Positions 39,323-48,832 of a stretch of DNA of 64,000 nucleotides are shown piece after piece (the first letter of the stretch is position 1; every line of letters begins with the position of its first letter). The position numbers and the translations under genes are program-made. Location: assembly GCA_965238075.1 (NCBI GenBank), contig OZ250173.1, forward strand, positions 1,792,001-1,856,000, written 5' to 3'. The notes below the pieces were generated by a model. The model was not told the DNA's origin. It saw only the letters and a program-made list of their open reading frames with translations, and ran no database searches. The DNA comes from Candidatus Entotheonellaceae bacterium (GTDB lineage Bacteria > Tectomicrobia > Entotheonellia > Entotheonellales > Entotheonellaceae).

Positions 39323-39351
39323 CCCCCCTGAGAAGGGGGGTTGGGGAGGTT
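39323..39351 (+). repeat. CCCCCC-TGAGAA-GGGGGG palindromic repeat
   Basis: Same family as 42907-42936 and 42985-43015; its GGAGG tail sits just upstream of ATG 39356. Confidence 0.7.
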
Positions 39352-39355
39352 CCTG

Positions 39356-39943
39356 ATGAACCATAAAAAAATGAAGTCAGCGACGATGACCGTACGCAAG
39401 GCGCCGCGACAATGTCTGGGAGCATTATCCGCCGCGCTGCTGTTTCTGGCGGGCGCCCACACCGCCGCGCAGGCACAGAACGCACCGTTGCACGTCATGC
39501 GCTCGGCGACCATCGAACGGCCCTTGCTGGTCATGTCCACCGGCGCGGCGGCGCCCGGCGAGGTCTACGTGGGTGACGTGCGTATCCGCGTCGCCATTGA
39601 GGGCGACTTTCGCGTCTATCGAGTATTCCACAAAGGCACCACGCGCACCCTGCACGTCTCCCTGGATACCCCGCTGCACTACGTGGCCTTCGACCCCAGG
39701 CGTAACCGCTTCGAGCGGCTGTCCCACAGCCTGCGGATCGAGCTGGAGGACGATGGACGGCTCGACCAGATCGTCGCTGCGGTCGACGGCACCGGCGGCA
39801 AGGCGTATCCGATGCTGGGGTTCGCCATCGTGCAGTTGTCACCACAGGACAATCCGGTGGCCGCGGCCCGAGCCTTGGAGGCTCTGCCGGGCGTCCTGGA
39901 CGTGCGGTTGATGGTCGAGGGGCCGCGTCGTGTACCGCGCTAA
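39356..39943 (+). CDS. Secreted protein, candidate trans-acting propeptide/chaperone for the adjacent S8 protease
   Basis: Signal peptide ending AQA; C-terminal I9/propeptide-like pattern (FAIVQL...AAARALEALPGVLDVRL), ends RRVPR; overlaps the protease start. Start codon uncertain. Confidence 0.6.
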   Translation: MNHKKMKSATMTVRKAPRQCLGALSAALLFLAGAHTAAQAQNAPLHVMRSATIERPLLVMSTGAAAPGEVYVGDVRIRVAIEGDFRVYRVFHKGTTRTLHVSLDTPLHYVAFDPRRNRFERLSHSLRIELEDDGRLDQIVAAVDGTGGKAYPMLGFAIVQLSPQDNPVAAARALEALPGVLDVRLMVEGPRRVPR

Positions 39944-42725
39944 CGGCACGGGCGGCAACCCGTTTGCGGCCGTGTTGCTGGCGATGGCCCTGGGCCTGAG
40001 CGGCGGCGGCTGCGGCGGTGGTGACGCGGACAGCAGGTCGGCCTTCGAACCAAGCAGCCTGGCGGACAGGAGTTACGACCAGAATCGGGAGATCGATGGC
40101 GAGACCCTGCCGGAAGCCAACGGCGGCGGCGGCGCGCTGACCTACAGTATTTCCCCGCCCCTGCCGGCGGGCCTGACCTTTGACGCGACGACGCGGGTCC
40201 TGTCCGGCACCCCTACCACGCCGCAGGCCGCCATCCTCTACACCTACACGGCGACCGACGGCGATGCAGAAAAGCCGTACTCGGCGTCGCTGACCTTCCG
40301 CATCACCGTGGAGGCGGTGGCCGCGGTGACCCTCTCGGTAGCCTCCACGGAGGTGGACGAGGGCGAAGACCGCCGGCCGCTCATCGTCACGGTGAATCTG
40401 AGCCAGCCCGTCAGGGGCGCGCTGACCGTTGCCCTGGCCTCCACCGGCACGGCGGTGCTAAGCAGCGACTTCGACCTCGCCAGCAGTCAACTTACCGTCG
40501 CCCAGGGCAGCACCCGCGCCTTGACGACGGTCACACCGATTCGCGATCTGGAGGCGGAAACCGAAACCATCCGCCTCGAGATCGAAGCGCTGGGCGGCAG
40601 GGGGGAAATCGGCTCGCCGTCCTCGGTCCGTATCGCCGTCCGCGACCGCGGCGCCCCGCAGGCCAAGCTGGATTACGCGGCCCTGGAGGCCTTCCTCCTG
40701 ATTCATCGTCTGGAGGAAGACGCCGTCAGCTTTGTTGTGTATGTGACCAATATCGGCGATGTCGCTGCGTCCTCAACCCGGGCCGTTTTGTATACGACGA
40801 CGGACGACCTGTTTTCCTCATCACCCGACCTGGCGGGCCTGGAGGTGCTGCGGGTGCCCGCCCTGGAGCAGGGTGGTTGGTGGCTCAGCGCCCCGATCTG
40901 GGTTTCCTTCAAGGATCTGGTCCGCGGCAAAAACAACTACTTCTATTTCTGCGCCAGGGCGGCTTCGGGAGAGGACCCGGCCTTGGTCGGCTGCGGCGCG
41001 GTGGATTACACTGCCGTTTTTCTGACCGACGGAAACCGTATCCCCACCACCTGCACGGGCTTCAGCCGAGACACCGAGCCGGGGACCCAAGATCCCCTGT
41101 TCGGGCAGCAGTGGTCGCTCAACAACACCGGCCAGGCGTCCTTCGCAGCCAATGGCGGGGTGGCCGGCCAAGACCTGAACATGAGGCAGACGCTGGTCGA
41201 CGGTCCAACCGGCGCCGGCGTGCAGGTGGCGGTGGTGGACACCGGTCTTGAAATCTGCCATCCGGACCTCGCCGCCAACATCGAACAGGACCTGTCTTAC
41301 AACTTCAGCCACTCGCTCTGGCACGGCGCGCAGGCCGATGATCCGTTCCTGCCGACAGTGATGGGCGATCACGGCACCAGCGTGGCGGGGCTGATCGCCG
41401 CGGCGGCGAACAACGGTGTCGGCGGGCGCGGCGTGGCGCCGGAAGTGCGCCTGCGCGGTTTCAACTTCCTTCTTTCTCCCGATCAACCGATGTCCGAATA
41501 TCTCAATTCCCTCGGCATGAACAGCGCAGACCTGCGGTCCAACGACGTGCACGTCTTCAACATGAGCTTTGGTTCCATCGGCAGCGCAGAGAACCTGCCT
41601 GCCGACCAGAGGGAGCTGTTCAAGTTCGGCGTCACCGACCTGCGCGAAGGCCGGGGCGCTCTGTACGTCAAGGCGGCCGGCAACGAATTCAACGACTGCA
41701 CCGAAATAGACGAGAATCGCCAGCCGGTGTCGCCGCTGCTCGATCTCAGCGTCGAACTCGGCTGCACTGCCGCCAATCGGGACGGCGAGAACAATCTGCC
41801 CTACGTCATCGTGGCGGGCGGTTTCAGCGCCGACGGAAAGCGCTCGAGCTACTCGTCGGCCGGCGCCACCCTGTGGGTCGTGGCCCCGGCGGGGGAATAT
41901 GGCAGGCGCCAACCGGCCATGATCACCACCGACCAGATGGGCACCGACCGCGGTTATGGGCTGTACGGCGGGCCCTTGGGCAGCGACCGGGCAGCCAACC
42001 CGCTGGGCGACTACACCAGCATCTTCAACGGCACCTCGTCCGCCGCCCCCAATACGTCGGGCGCCATCGCCCTGCTGCTGCAGACGCAGCCCGAGCTCAC
42101 TTGGCGCGACGTGAAGCACATCCTCGCCAAAACGGCCCGCCGGCTGGACGCCGGCATCCCTCGCGTGCGGGTGGCGTTCGGCGGCACGCCGGCAGTGCTG
42201 CAGCACGGCTGGATCACCAATGCTGCCGGCTACCACTTCCACAACTGGTACGGCTTCGGCGCCATCGACGTGGACGCCGCGGTGGCCCTTGCAGCCACCC
42301 ATACCCCGAACAGCCTGGGTGTGTTCACCCAAAGCGCCCCTGTCCGGCTGGCTGTTGCCGTCACCATACCGGACCACGACGGCGGCGGCCTGACGCAGAC
42401 CCAGAACGTCACGGGCCTGTCCCGCACCGCCAACATCGAGGCCGTGCAACTGCGCATCGAGGTGACGCACGCCAATCCCCGCGAACTCGGCGTTGAACTG
42501 ATCTCGCCGGCCGGCACCCGAAGTATCATCAATCCGGTGTTCAACGGCGCCCTGAAGGGCGCCCCGAATCCCCTCGACTGGACGATCCTCAGCAACGCCT
42601 TCTACGGCGAGTCGCCAAGCGGCGAATGGACGCTCAACGTCATCGACGTCGCCGAGGACAACATTGGCACCCTCTATGCCTGGTCGTTGATTTTCTACCT
42701 GGGGGAGCATCCGGAAGACCGTTAG
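39930..42725 (+). CDS. Kexin/furin-type S8 serine protease, probable lipoprotein, with Ig-like/Calx-beta-like domains and a P-domain
   Basis: Lipobox-like LSGGGC; LPAGLTFD..TRVLSGTP; DPLFGQQWSL; VAVVDTG, HGTSVAG, KAAGN, GTSSAAP; LTWRDV, YGFG; P-domain LISPAGT...GEW. Confidence 0.93.
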   Translation: MYRANGTGGNPFAAVLLAMALGLSGGGCGGGDADSRSAFEPSSLADRSYDQNREIDGETLPEANGGGGALTYSISPPLPAGLTFDATTRVLSGTPTTPQAAILYTYTATDGDAEKPYSASLTFRITVEAVAAVTLSVASTEVDEGEDRRPLIVTVNLSQPVRGALTVALASTGTAVLSSDFDLASSQLTVAQGSTRALTTVTPIRDLEAETETIRLEIEALGGRGEIGSPSSVRIAVRDRGAPQAKLDYAALEAFLLIHRLEEDAVSFVVYVTNIGDVAASSTRAVLYTTTDDLFSSSPDLAGLEVLRVPALEQGGWWLSAPIWVSFKDLVRGKNNYFYFCARAASGEDPALVGCGAVDYTAVFLTDGNRIPTTCTGFSRDTEPGTQDPLFGQQWSLNNTGQASFAANGGVAGQDLNMRQTLVDGPTGAGVQVAVVDTGLEICHPDLAANIEQDLSYNFSHSLWHGAQADDPFLPTVMGDHGTSVAGLIAAAANNGVGGRGVAPEVRLRGFNFLLSPDQPMSEYLNSLGMNSADLRSNDVHVFNMSFGSIGSAENLPADQRELFKFGVTDLREGRGALYVKAAGNEFNDCTEIDENRQPVSPLLDLSVELGCTAANRDGENNLPYVIVAGGFSADGKRSSYSSAGATLWVVAPAGEYGRRQPAMITTDQMGTDRGYGLYGGPLGSDRAANPLGDYTSIFNGTSSAAPNTSGAIALLLQTQPELTWRDVKHILAKTARRLDAGIPRVRVAFGGTPAVLQHGWITNAAGYHFHNWYGFGAIDVDAAVALAATHTPNSLGVFTQSAPVRLAVAVTIPDHDGGGLTQTQNVTGLSRTANIEAVQLRIEVTHANPRELGVELISPAGTRSIINPVFNGALKGAPNPLDWTILSNAFYGESPSGEWTLNVIDVAEDNIGTLYAWSLIFYLGEHPEDR

Positions 42726-43114
42726 AGCGGTTTGCGTTCGTATGTCTGGCCTATCTACGCGCCATGTTGTGATGCGCCCCATCGAGATCGTTCGTGATCG
42801 CGGCGTTTGTTTTGCAGGACCTCGATCCAGCACATGGGTTCTGCGGGGGTTGGGTTTTTGCGGTTCTGACGCGCCTTTTCGGCCAGGGATTTGTTGTCGG
42901 GGATAGAACCCCCCGTGCCCCCCTTATCAGGGGGAATTTCTGAAAACCGCAAGGGCTCAAGGACAACACCTCCAAGGACAACACCTCCCCCCCTGACAAG
43001 GGGGGTTGGGAGGTTAGGCCAACGCAGGCGCAGGGCCGCTCGGGTGCACGTCTTTGTCCGACGCCTTACACTGCTGCGGATATCCCCCATATAGGCATGC
43101 GAAAACCGCTCTAA
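42722..43114. mobile_element. MITE-like element with a 12-bp perfect TIR, enclosing a DUF559 remnant and a palindrome doublet
   Basis: TTAGAGCGGTTT (42722-42733) / AAACCGCTCTAA (43103-43114); also a 15-bp tandem duplication CAAGGACAACACCTC at 42958-42987. Confidence 0.7.
42751..42904 (-). pseudogene. DUF559 (Vsr-like endonuclease) remnant
   Basis: IPDNKSLAEKARQNRKNPTPAEPMCWIEVLQNK joined out of frame to AITNDLDGAHHNMARR*. Confidence 0.7.
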
Positions 43115-43183
43115 GAAACCGTTTCCGCGCCCGGCGGCTTGTTTCCACAACAACTCAACTTCAAATTAAGGAGGACTGAATCG

Positions 43184-44836
43184 ATGGCTGCGTTCCAATA
43201 CCAGGAGTTGTTTGAGCACCGCGCCGACACGACACCGTACCGGCAGCTCACCTCCGACTATGTCTCCACCGCCGCGTTCGGCGAACAGGAGATTTTGCAG
43301 GTCGCGCCCGAGGCGCTGACGCTGATCGCCCGCGAGGCCATGGACGACGTGGCCCACCTGCTGCGCAGCAGCCATCTCAAACAGTTGGCCGCCATCCTCG
43401 ACGACCCCGAGGCCTCCGACAACGACCGGTTCGTGGCTCTCGAACTCCTGAAGAACGCCAACATTGCCGCCAGCCGCGTGCTGCCCGGCTGCCAGGATAC
43501 CGGCACGGCGATCGCCATCGGCTACAAGGGAGAGAACGTCTTCACCTTCGCCAACGACGCCGAGGCGCTGTCGCGGGGCATCTATCAGGCTTATGACGAG
43601 CGCAACCTGCGCTACTCGCAGATGGCGCCGCTCGACATGTACAGCGAAAAGAACACCGGCACCAACCTGCCGGCGCAGGTCGAGCTGTACGCCGAGCCGG
43701 GCGGCGAATACCGCTTCCTGTTCATTGCCAAGGGCGGCGGGTCGGCCAACAAGACCTTTCTGTACCAGGAAACCAAGGCGCTGCTGAACCCGGCGTCGCT
43801 GCTCAAGTTCATCGCCGAGAAGATCCGCAGCCTTGGCACCTCCGCCTGTCCGCCCTACCACTTGGCCCTGGTTATCGGCGGCCTGTCCGCGGAGTTGACG
43901 CTCAAGACCGTCAAGCTGGCCAGCACGCATTACCTGGACGACCTGCCGACCTCGGGCAACGAGCTGGGGCGCGCCTTCCGGGACGTCGAGCTGGAGCGGA
44001 AAATCTTCGAGCTGTGCGTGCAAACCGGCATCGGCGCGCAGTTCGGCGGCAAGTATTTCGCCCACGACGTACGCGTCATCCGGTTGCCGCGCCACGGCGC
44101 CTCGTGCCCGGTCGGCCTCGGCGTGTCGTGCGCCGCGGACCGGCAGATTCTCGGCAAGATCACCAAGGATGGCGTCTTCCTGGAGCAACTGGAAACCAAC
44201 CCGGGGCAGTATCTGCCGGAGGTCATGGAAGACGACCTGAGCAGCGAGGTGGTGGCCGTCGACCTCAACCAGCCAATGCCCGACATCCTCGCCCGGCTGC
44301 GCCAATATCCCGTTGGCACCCGGTTGGCCCTCAGCGGCCCCATGGTAGTGGCGCGCGACATCGCCCACGCCCGGCTCAAGGACCGGCTCGACGCCGGCGA
44401 CGGGCTGCCGCAGTACATCAAGGATCACGTCATTTATTACGCCGGTCCCGCCAAGAAGCCCGACGGCTACGCCTCCGGCTCCTTCGGTCCCACCACCGCC
44501 GGGCGCATGGACGCTTACGTGGACGCCTTCCAGAGCCTCGGCGGCAGCATGGTCATGCTGGCCAAGGGCAACCGCTCGGCGCAGGTGAGCCAGGCCTGCG
44601 GCGCCCACGGCGGCTTCTACCTCGGCTCCATCGGCGGCCCCGCCGCTCGCCTCGCCGAGCACAGCATCAAGAACGTCGAAGTGCTGGAGTATGAAGACCT
44701 CGGCATGGAGGCCATCTGGCGCATTGACGTGGAAGACTTTCCCGCCTTCATCGTCATCAACTACGAAGGCAAGGATTTTTACGGCGAGCTGGCCGAGAAA
44801 TTCCAGCCGCTGGTGCAGTTGGAAGGGGCTGTGTAA
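43184..44836 (+). CDS. Class I (Fe-S) fumarate hydratase
   Basis: [52 protein letters not shown]. Confidence 0.97.
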   Translation: MAAFQYQELFEHRADTTPYRQLTSDYVSTAAFGEQEILQVAPEALTLIAREAMDDVAHLLRSSHLKQLAAILDDPEASDNDRFVALELLKNANIAASRVLPGCQDTGTAIAIGYKGENVFTFANDAEALSRGIYQAYDERNLRYSQMAPLDMYSEKNTGTNLPAQVELYAEPGGEYRFLFIAKGGGSANKTFLYQETKALLNPASLLKFIAEKIRSLGTSACPPYHLALVIGGLSAELTLKTVKLASTHYLDDLPTSGNELGRAFRDVELERKIFELCVQTGIGAQFGGKYFAHDVRVIRLPRHGASCPVGLGVSCAADRQILGKITKDGVFLEQLETNPGQYLPEVMEDDLSSEVVAVDLNQPMPDILARLRQYPVGTRLALSGPMVVARDIAHARLKDRLDAGDGLPQYIKDHVIYYAGPAKKPDGYASGSFGPTTAGRMDAYVDAFQSLGGSMVMLAKGNRSAQVSQACGAHGGFYLGSIGGPAARLAEHSIKNVEVLEYEDLGMEAIWRIDVEDFPAFIVINYEGKDFYGELAEKFQPLVQLEGAV

Positions 44837-44904
44837 TACTCGCCGCCGGTGAGACGACAGGAAACCGCGTGCGGCAGAGGACCCATGATAAACGGAGGCA
44901 GGTT

Positions 44905-45321
44905 ATGAAATTGCGCGTCCTATTGGTGCCGTGGCCGATACTGCTCATCGGCCTCGGCTTGGTATTGCCTGGATGCGTGCCAGCGCCGCAACCCCTTACG
45001 GAACGAAACGCCGCCCTGACGCAGGGGAACATCCAGATGCACCTGGCCGTTGGCCAGACGACCAAGGCCGAGGTGCTGGAGATCTTCGGCGCGCCGAACA
45101 TCACCACCCGCGACGGCAGCGGCCGCGAGGTCTGGACCTACCAGCGGGCCGCCCAGGTGTCGCAGTCGTCGAGCCGCTCCGGCTACTGGACGATCATCCT
45201 CGGCGGCCAAAGCTCGTCGGCTTCCGGCTTCGAGAGCGGCTCGCGGATGATCACGCTCATCATCAAGTTTGACAGCAGCGACGTGGTGACGGATTTCCGA
45301 AGCAGGACCTCCGACTTCTAG
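44905..45321 (+). CDS. Lipoprotein with SmpA/OmlA (BamE-like) fold
   Basis: Lipobox LPGC; GQTTKAEVLEIFGAPN...EVWTY; LIIKFD. Confidence 0.75.
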   Translation: MKLRVLLVPWPILLIGLGLVLPGCVPAPQPLTERNAALTQGNIQMHLAVGQTTKAEVLEIFGAPNITTRDGSGREVWTYQRAAQVSQSSSRSGYWTIILGGQSSSASGFESGSRMITLIIKFDSSDVVTDFRSRTSDF

Positions 45322-45337
45322 GTCCGAAGGAGAGGCC

Positions 45338-45853
45338 ATGACAAGCAACCATACGAAACTGCCGGTGGCCATCGCCATAGGGCTGGTCTTTCTGGCCGGC
45401 TGCACCCCGCCGGGCCCTGTCCTGACGCCGCTGGAGATCCAGAGCCTGCAGACGCGCGAGTTCGAGCACGACAAGGCCGTCGTGTTCGGCAGCACCATGT
45501 CGGTGTTCCAGGACCTTGGCTACATCGTCAACAGCGCCGACCTCGACACCGGGCTCATCACCACGGAAAGCCCCGCCACGAGTGACCGCGCGACGTTTCC
45601 CGCACGGCTGACGATATTGCCGGACCTGATGGTATGGTCGGACGTGACCAGCGTGGTACAAACAAAAGCGACAGCGTTCATTGAACAAATTGGCAACCGG
45701 TCCAGGGTGCGGCTCAATTTCGTCACCACCCGCCAAGACTCCAGCGTACACGGCCAGACCAGCCGGCGGGATACGCCGATTCTTGATGCCGCCGTCTACC
45801 AGAACGCCTTTGAGCGGATTGAAAACGCCATCTTCGTGAGGGCCGGCAACTAA
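45338..45853 (+). CDS. Hypothetical lipoprotein
   Basis: Lipobox LAGC; LEIQSLQTREF, FQDLGY...DLDTGLIT; 16 bp after the previous gene. Confidence 0.8.
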   Translation: MTSNHTKLPVAIAIGLVFLAGCTPPGPVLTPLEIQSLQTREFEHDKAVVFGSTMSVFQDLGYIVNSADLDTGLITTESPATSDRATFPARLTILPDLMVWSDVTSVVQTKATAFIEQIGNRSRVRLNFVTTRQDSSVHGQTSRRDTPILDAAVYQNAFERIENAIFVRAGN

Positions 45854-45967
45854 GGAGGACCCGACATGGGATTGGGCTTTTGACTCATGGTTCGGCTTCC
45901 TTGCGATAAAACCGTGCGGGTAGTTTCGTGAAAGCCATGGTCATTCCCTGCAGCCGACAACCGCGGG

Positions 45968-46909
45968 CTACAGCCGCCCGATGCGCTCGATCAGAAGGTG
46001 GAGAACGCCCTCGCCGTCAACATCCGTGATCCAGTGCGCATTCGGCGGTTTGCCGGTCACGCCCCACCAATCCACCACGGTAGCGCCCAGGGTGTGCGCA
46101 CCCTCGGTCTCCACGGCGACCGGGACGGGCTCGGCCCGGAACAACGCCGGTTGCAGCAGCCAGGCAATGGTGCAGGGATCGTGAATCGGCAGGCGGTCCG
46201 GACCGAAGCGGGCCGCGCGGCTGTGGGCGGCGGGGCGCAGCAGGGCGGCCAGGCGGCGCGCCGGTTCGCCGCCGGCGCGCGCCAGACGCTCGGCGTGAGT
46301 GGGGCTGGCGAGCACTTGATGGGTGGCGTCGAGGCTGACGATGGTCATCGGACGTCCGCAGTCGAAAACCCGTGCCGCAGCGTGCGGGTCGGCGTAGATA
46401 TTGAACTCGGCCGCCGGCGTCACGTTGCCGCCGGCCCGCGACGCCCCACCCATGAGGACGATCTGCCGAATTTTCGGCAAAAGCTCCGGGGAATCCGCAA
46501 CAAGAATCGCGACATTGGTCAGCGGACCGATTGCAACCAGGGTGATTTCGTCATCCTCGGCAGCGCGCAGTGTTTCCTTCATAAAGGCGACCGCGCCGCC
46601 CGGTTCGACCGCTACCGGCGGCATGTCCACCTCCATGCCCTCCAGCCCGCTTTCCCCGTGCGCCCGCGTGCCGATCACGGGTTGCCGCGCCAGCGGCCTG
46701 TCGGCGCCCGCGAGCACCAGCACTCCCGGAAAGCCGCACAACTCACAGACAAATCGCGCATTGCGGTACGTCAACGCCAGTGGCACGTTGCCGGCTACCG
46801 CAGTGATGCCGACGAGTTCGATCTCCGCCGTCGAAGCGAGCAGCATCGCAATGGCCAGAGCGTCATCGCGGCCCGGGTCGCAGTCCAGGATGATTCGGTG
46901 CTTCTGCAT
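45968..46909 (-). CDS. Nucleoside hydrolase (IU-NH/Rih family)
   Basis: ILDCDPGRDDA, VAGN, HGESG, IGPLTN, AEFNIYADP, IHDP. Confidence 0.95.
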   Translation of the reverse strand: MQKHRIILDCDPGRDDALAIAMLLASTAEIELVGITAVAGNVPLALTYRNARFVCELCGFPGVLVLAGADRPLARQPVIGTRAHGESGLEGMEVDMPPVAVEPGGAVAFMKETLRAAEDDEITLVAIGPLTNVAILVADSPELLPKIRQIVLMGGASRAGGNVTPAAEFNIYADPHAAARVFDCGRPMTIVSLDATHQVLASPTHAERLARAGGEPARRLAALLRPAAHSRAARFGPDRLPIHDPCTIAWLLQPALFRAEPVPVAVETEGAHTLGATVVDWWGVTGKPPNAHWITDVDGEGVLHLLIERIGRL

Positions 46910-47169
46910 CTACGGCTCCTCCATCCATGCCTGCATGAGGTTCTTGATCTGCGTTTGGCAAGGTACCCCATGCAGCCGTGCCTTGGCCTTGAACGCCGCC
47001 ATCAGCGGTTCGGACACCTTCAGCTGATGAGACGCGAGCGGGTGGTTGCGGCGCCGTGGAGTCTGCGGAAATCGTCCAGGAAGCGAACGATGTCCTCGGG
47101 GGACAGCTCACGGCAACGCTCGAGGTACGCGTCGGAGAATCGCTGCAAGGGACGTTCAGGTGCCGTCAT
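46910..47169 (-). pseudogene. BrnA/CopG-like antitoxin with a 1-bp deletion
   Basis: MTAPERPLQRFSDAYLERCRE...RFLDDFR...SRLIS, lesion at ~47022, then KVSEPLMAAFKAKARLHGVPCQTQIKNLMQAW. Confidence 0.75.
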
Positions 47170-48722
47170 AGCCGCTCCAATGCCTGCAGGGCCTCAGTGT
47201 CCTGAGGTCTGCCGCGCATGTCGCGGTCGAGTTGCCGGCCGAGTTGCTGCAGCAGCGCGAGGGTTTCGTCCACGCTGGCGCGGGTGACGGGATGGCTGAC
47301 AATGCAAGCGCGGAGGACACGGGTGCCGTTGAGCTCGGTGCCGGAGACGAGGGCGCGGCCATCGGCAGCGAGGGCCATTTCGAGGGCCTGGTTGAGGGCG
47401 TTGAGGTAAGTTTCGACGGACGGCATGCCGGGGGTCAGATCGGGCGGAACGTAGCGGAAGCAACAGATGCTCAGCACGGCGGGGGTCACCAGCTCGAAAT
47501 CAGCGGCGGCCTCGAGACGGTCGGCGAGGTGGCGGGCGAGGGCGAGGTGATTGGCGATCAACTCGGCGTAGCGGTCGACGCCGTGCTGTCGCAGGGCGAG
47601 CCAGACTTTGAGGGCGCGGTCGGTGCGGCTCAGCTCGAAGCCGTATTCGTACTGGTTGTGCTCGCTGCCCATGGCGCCGCGCAGGTAGGGCGGAATGAGG
47701 CTGAAGGTGTCGCCGAGGTCGCGCCACTCCCTGGTGAGGATGCAGCCGGCCTCGAAGGGGGTATTCAGCCATTTGTGGGGGTCGAGGGTGAGCGAGTCGG
47801 CGCGCTCCAGCCCCTTGAACAGATGGCGCGCTTCGGAGACAAGGCATGCCAGGGCACCGTATGCGCCGTCGACGTGGAACCACATGTCGTAGCGCTGGGC
47901 GATATCGGCCAGGCGGTCGAGGGGATCGACGGCGCCGGTGTTCACCGTGCCGGCGTTGCCGATGAGGCAGAACGGCTTGCAGCCGGCGCGGACATCGGCC
48001 CGGATCGACGACACCAGGGCGTCCAGATCGATGCGGAAACCGTCATCCACCGGGATTTTGCGCAGTTGGGCGGCGCCCATGCCGAGAAGCTCGGCGCTGC
48101 GGTCGATACACGAATGGGCTTCGCTGGAGACGTAAGCCGTTAGCAACGGGCGCTGCGCAACGCCCTCGGAGCGCACGTTCCAACCGGCCCGGCGCACCCG
48201 CGCGACAGCCAGGGCCACCAGATTGGCCCACGAACCGCCGGTGGTGACGTAGCCGGCGGCGTTGTCGGAAAAGCCCACCATGTCGCCGAGCCAGCGCGCC
48301 ACCGTAACCTCGATCTGGCAACTCGCCGGTTGGTTCTTCCACGTGGTCGGACGCAGCTTGATGCTGCTGACCAGCGCCTCGATGAGCCCCGTCAGAGGCG
48401 TAGACGCGGAAAGGACGTACGCCATCATGCGCGGGTGGTTGGGATTGCCCGCCGCGGGCAGCAGCTGATCGCGGATGATCGTCAGCAGATCGTCGGCGTC
48501 CATGCCGCCGCGCGGAACCGGGCCGCCAAAGACCGCCTCCATCGCCTCGCGTGTCTGGGCGGGGGGGAACACCGGCCGGCGGGTGGGATGGGTCAGATCA
48601 TCGGTAATCATGTCGACGATGCGGTATCCCAGCTCCCGCATCGTCTTGGCGTCCATCGCCAGGGTGCAGTCCTCTGACAGGGGTTGATTCTCCACTTGTT
48701 GTCGCGTATCTTGCATCACCAA
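47166..48722 (-). CDS. Group II PLP-dependent decarboxylase (aromatic L-amino acid decarboxylase-like)
   Basis: HPRMMAYV, GGSWAN, AGTVNTGAVDPL, HVDGAYG, DSLTLDPHKW. Confidence 0.93.
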   Translation of the reverse strand: MVMQDTRQQVENQPLSEDCTLAMDAKTMRELGYRIVDMITDDLTHPTRRPVFPPAQTREAMEAVFGGPVPRGGMDADDLLTIIRDQLLPAAGNPNHPRMMAYVLSASTPLTGLIEALVSSIKLRPTTWKNQPASCQIEVTVARWLGDMVGFSDNAAGYVTTGGSWANLVALAVARVRRAGWNVRSEGVAQRPLLTAYVSSEAHSCIDRSAELLGMGAAQLRKIPVDDGFRIDLDALVSSIRADVRAGCKPFCLIGNAGTVNTGAVDPLDRLADIAQRYDMWFHVDGAYGALACLVSEARHLFKGLERADSLTLDPHKWLNTPFEAGCILTREWRDLGDTFSLIPPYLRGAMGSEHNQYEYGFELSRTDRALKVWLALRQHGVDRYAELIANHLALARHLADRLEAAADFELVTPAVLSICCFRYVPPDLTPGMPSVETYLNALNQALEMALAADGRALVSGTELNGTRVLRACIVSHPVTRASVDETLALLQQLGRQLDRDMRGRPQDTEALQALERL

Positions 48723-48832
48723 GTTCTCTCATCTGCTTGGGAGTTCATCCTCAGACTCGTTTCAACACCGCCGATCACGATGACAAGCCTGTCACTTCCA
48801 GCGACCATGCGCAATCAACCAAGGATTCGCCA

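Noticed and set aside
40821-42833. 670-aa minus-strand ORF
   Set aside because: Antisense shadow of the S8 protease.
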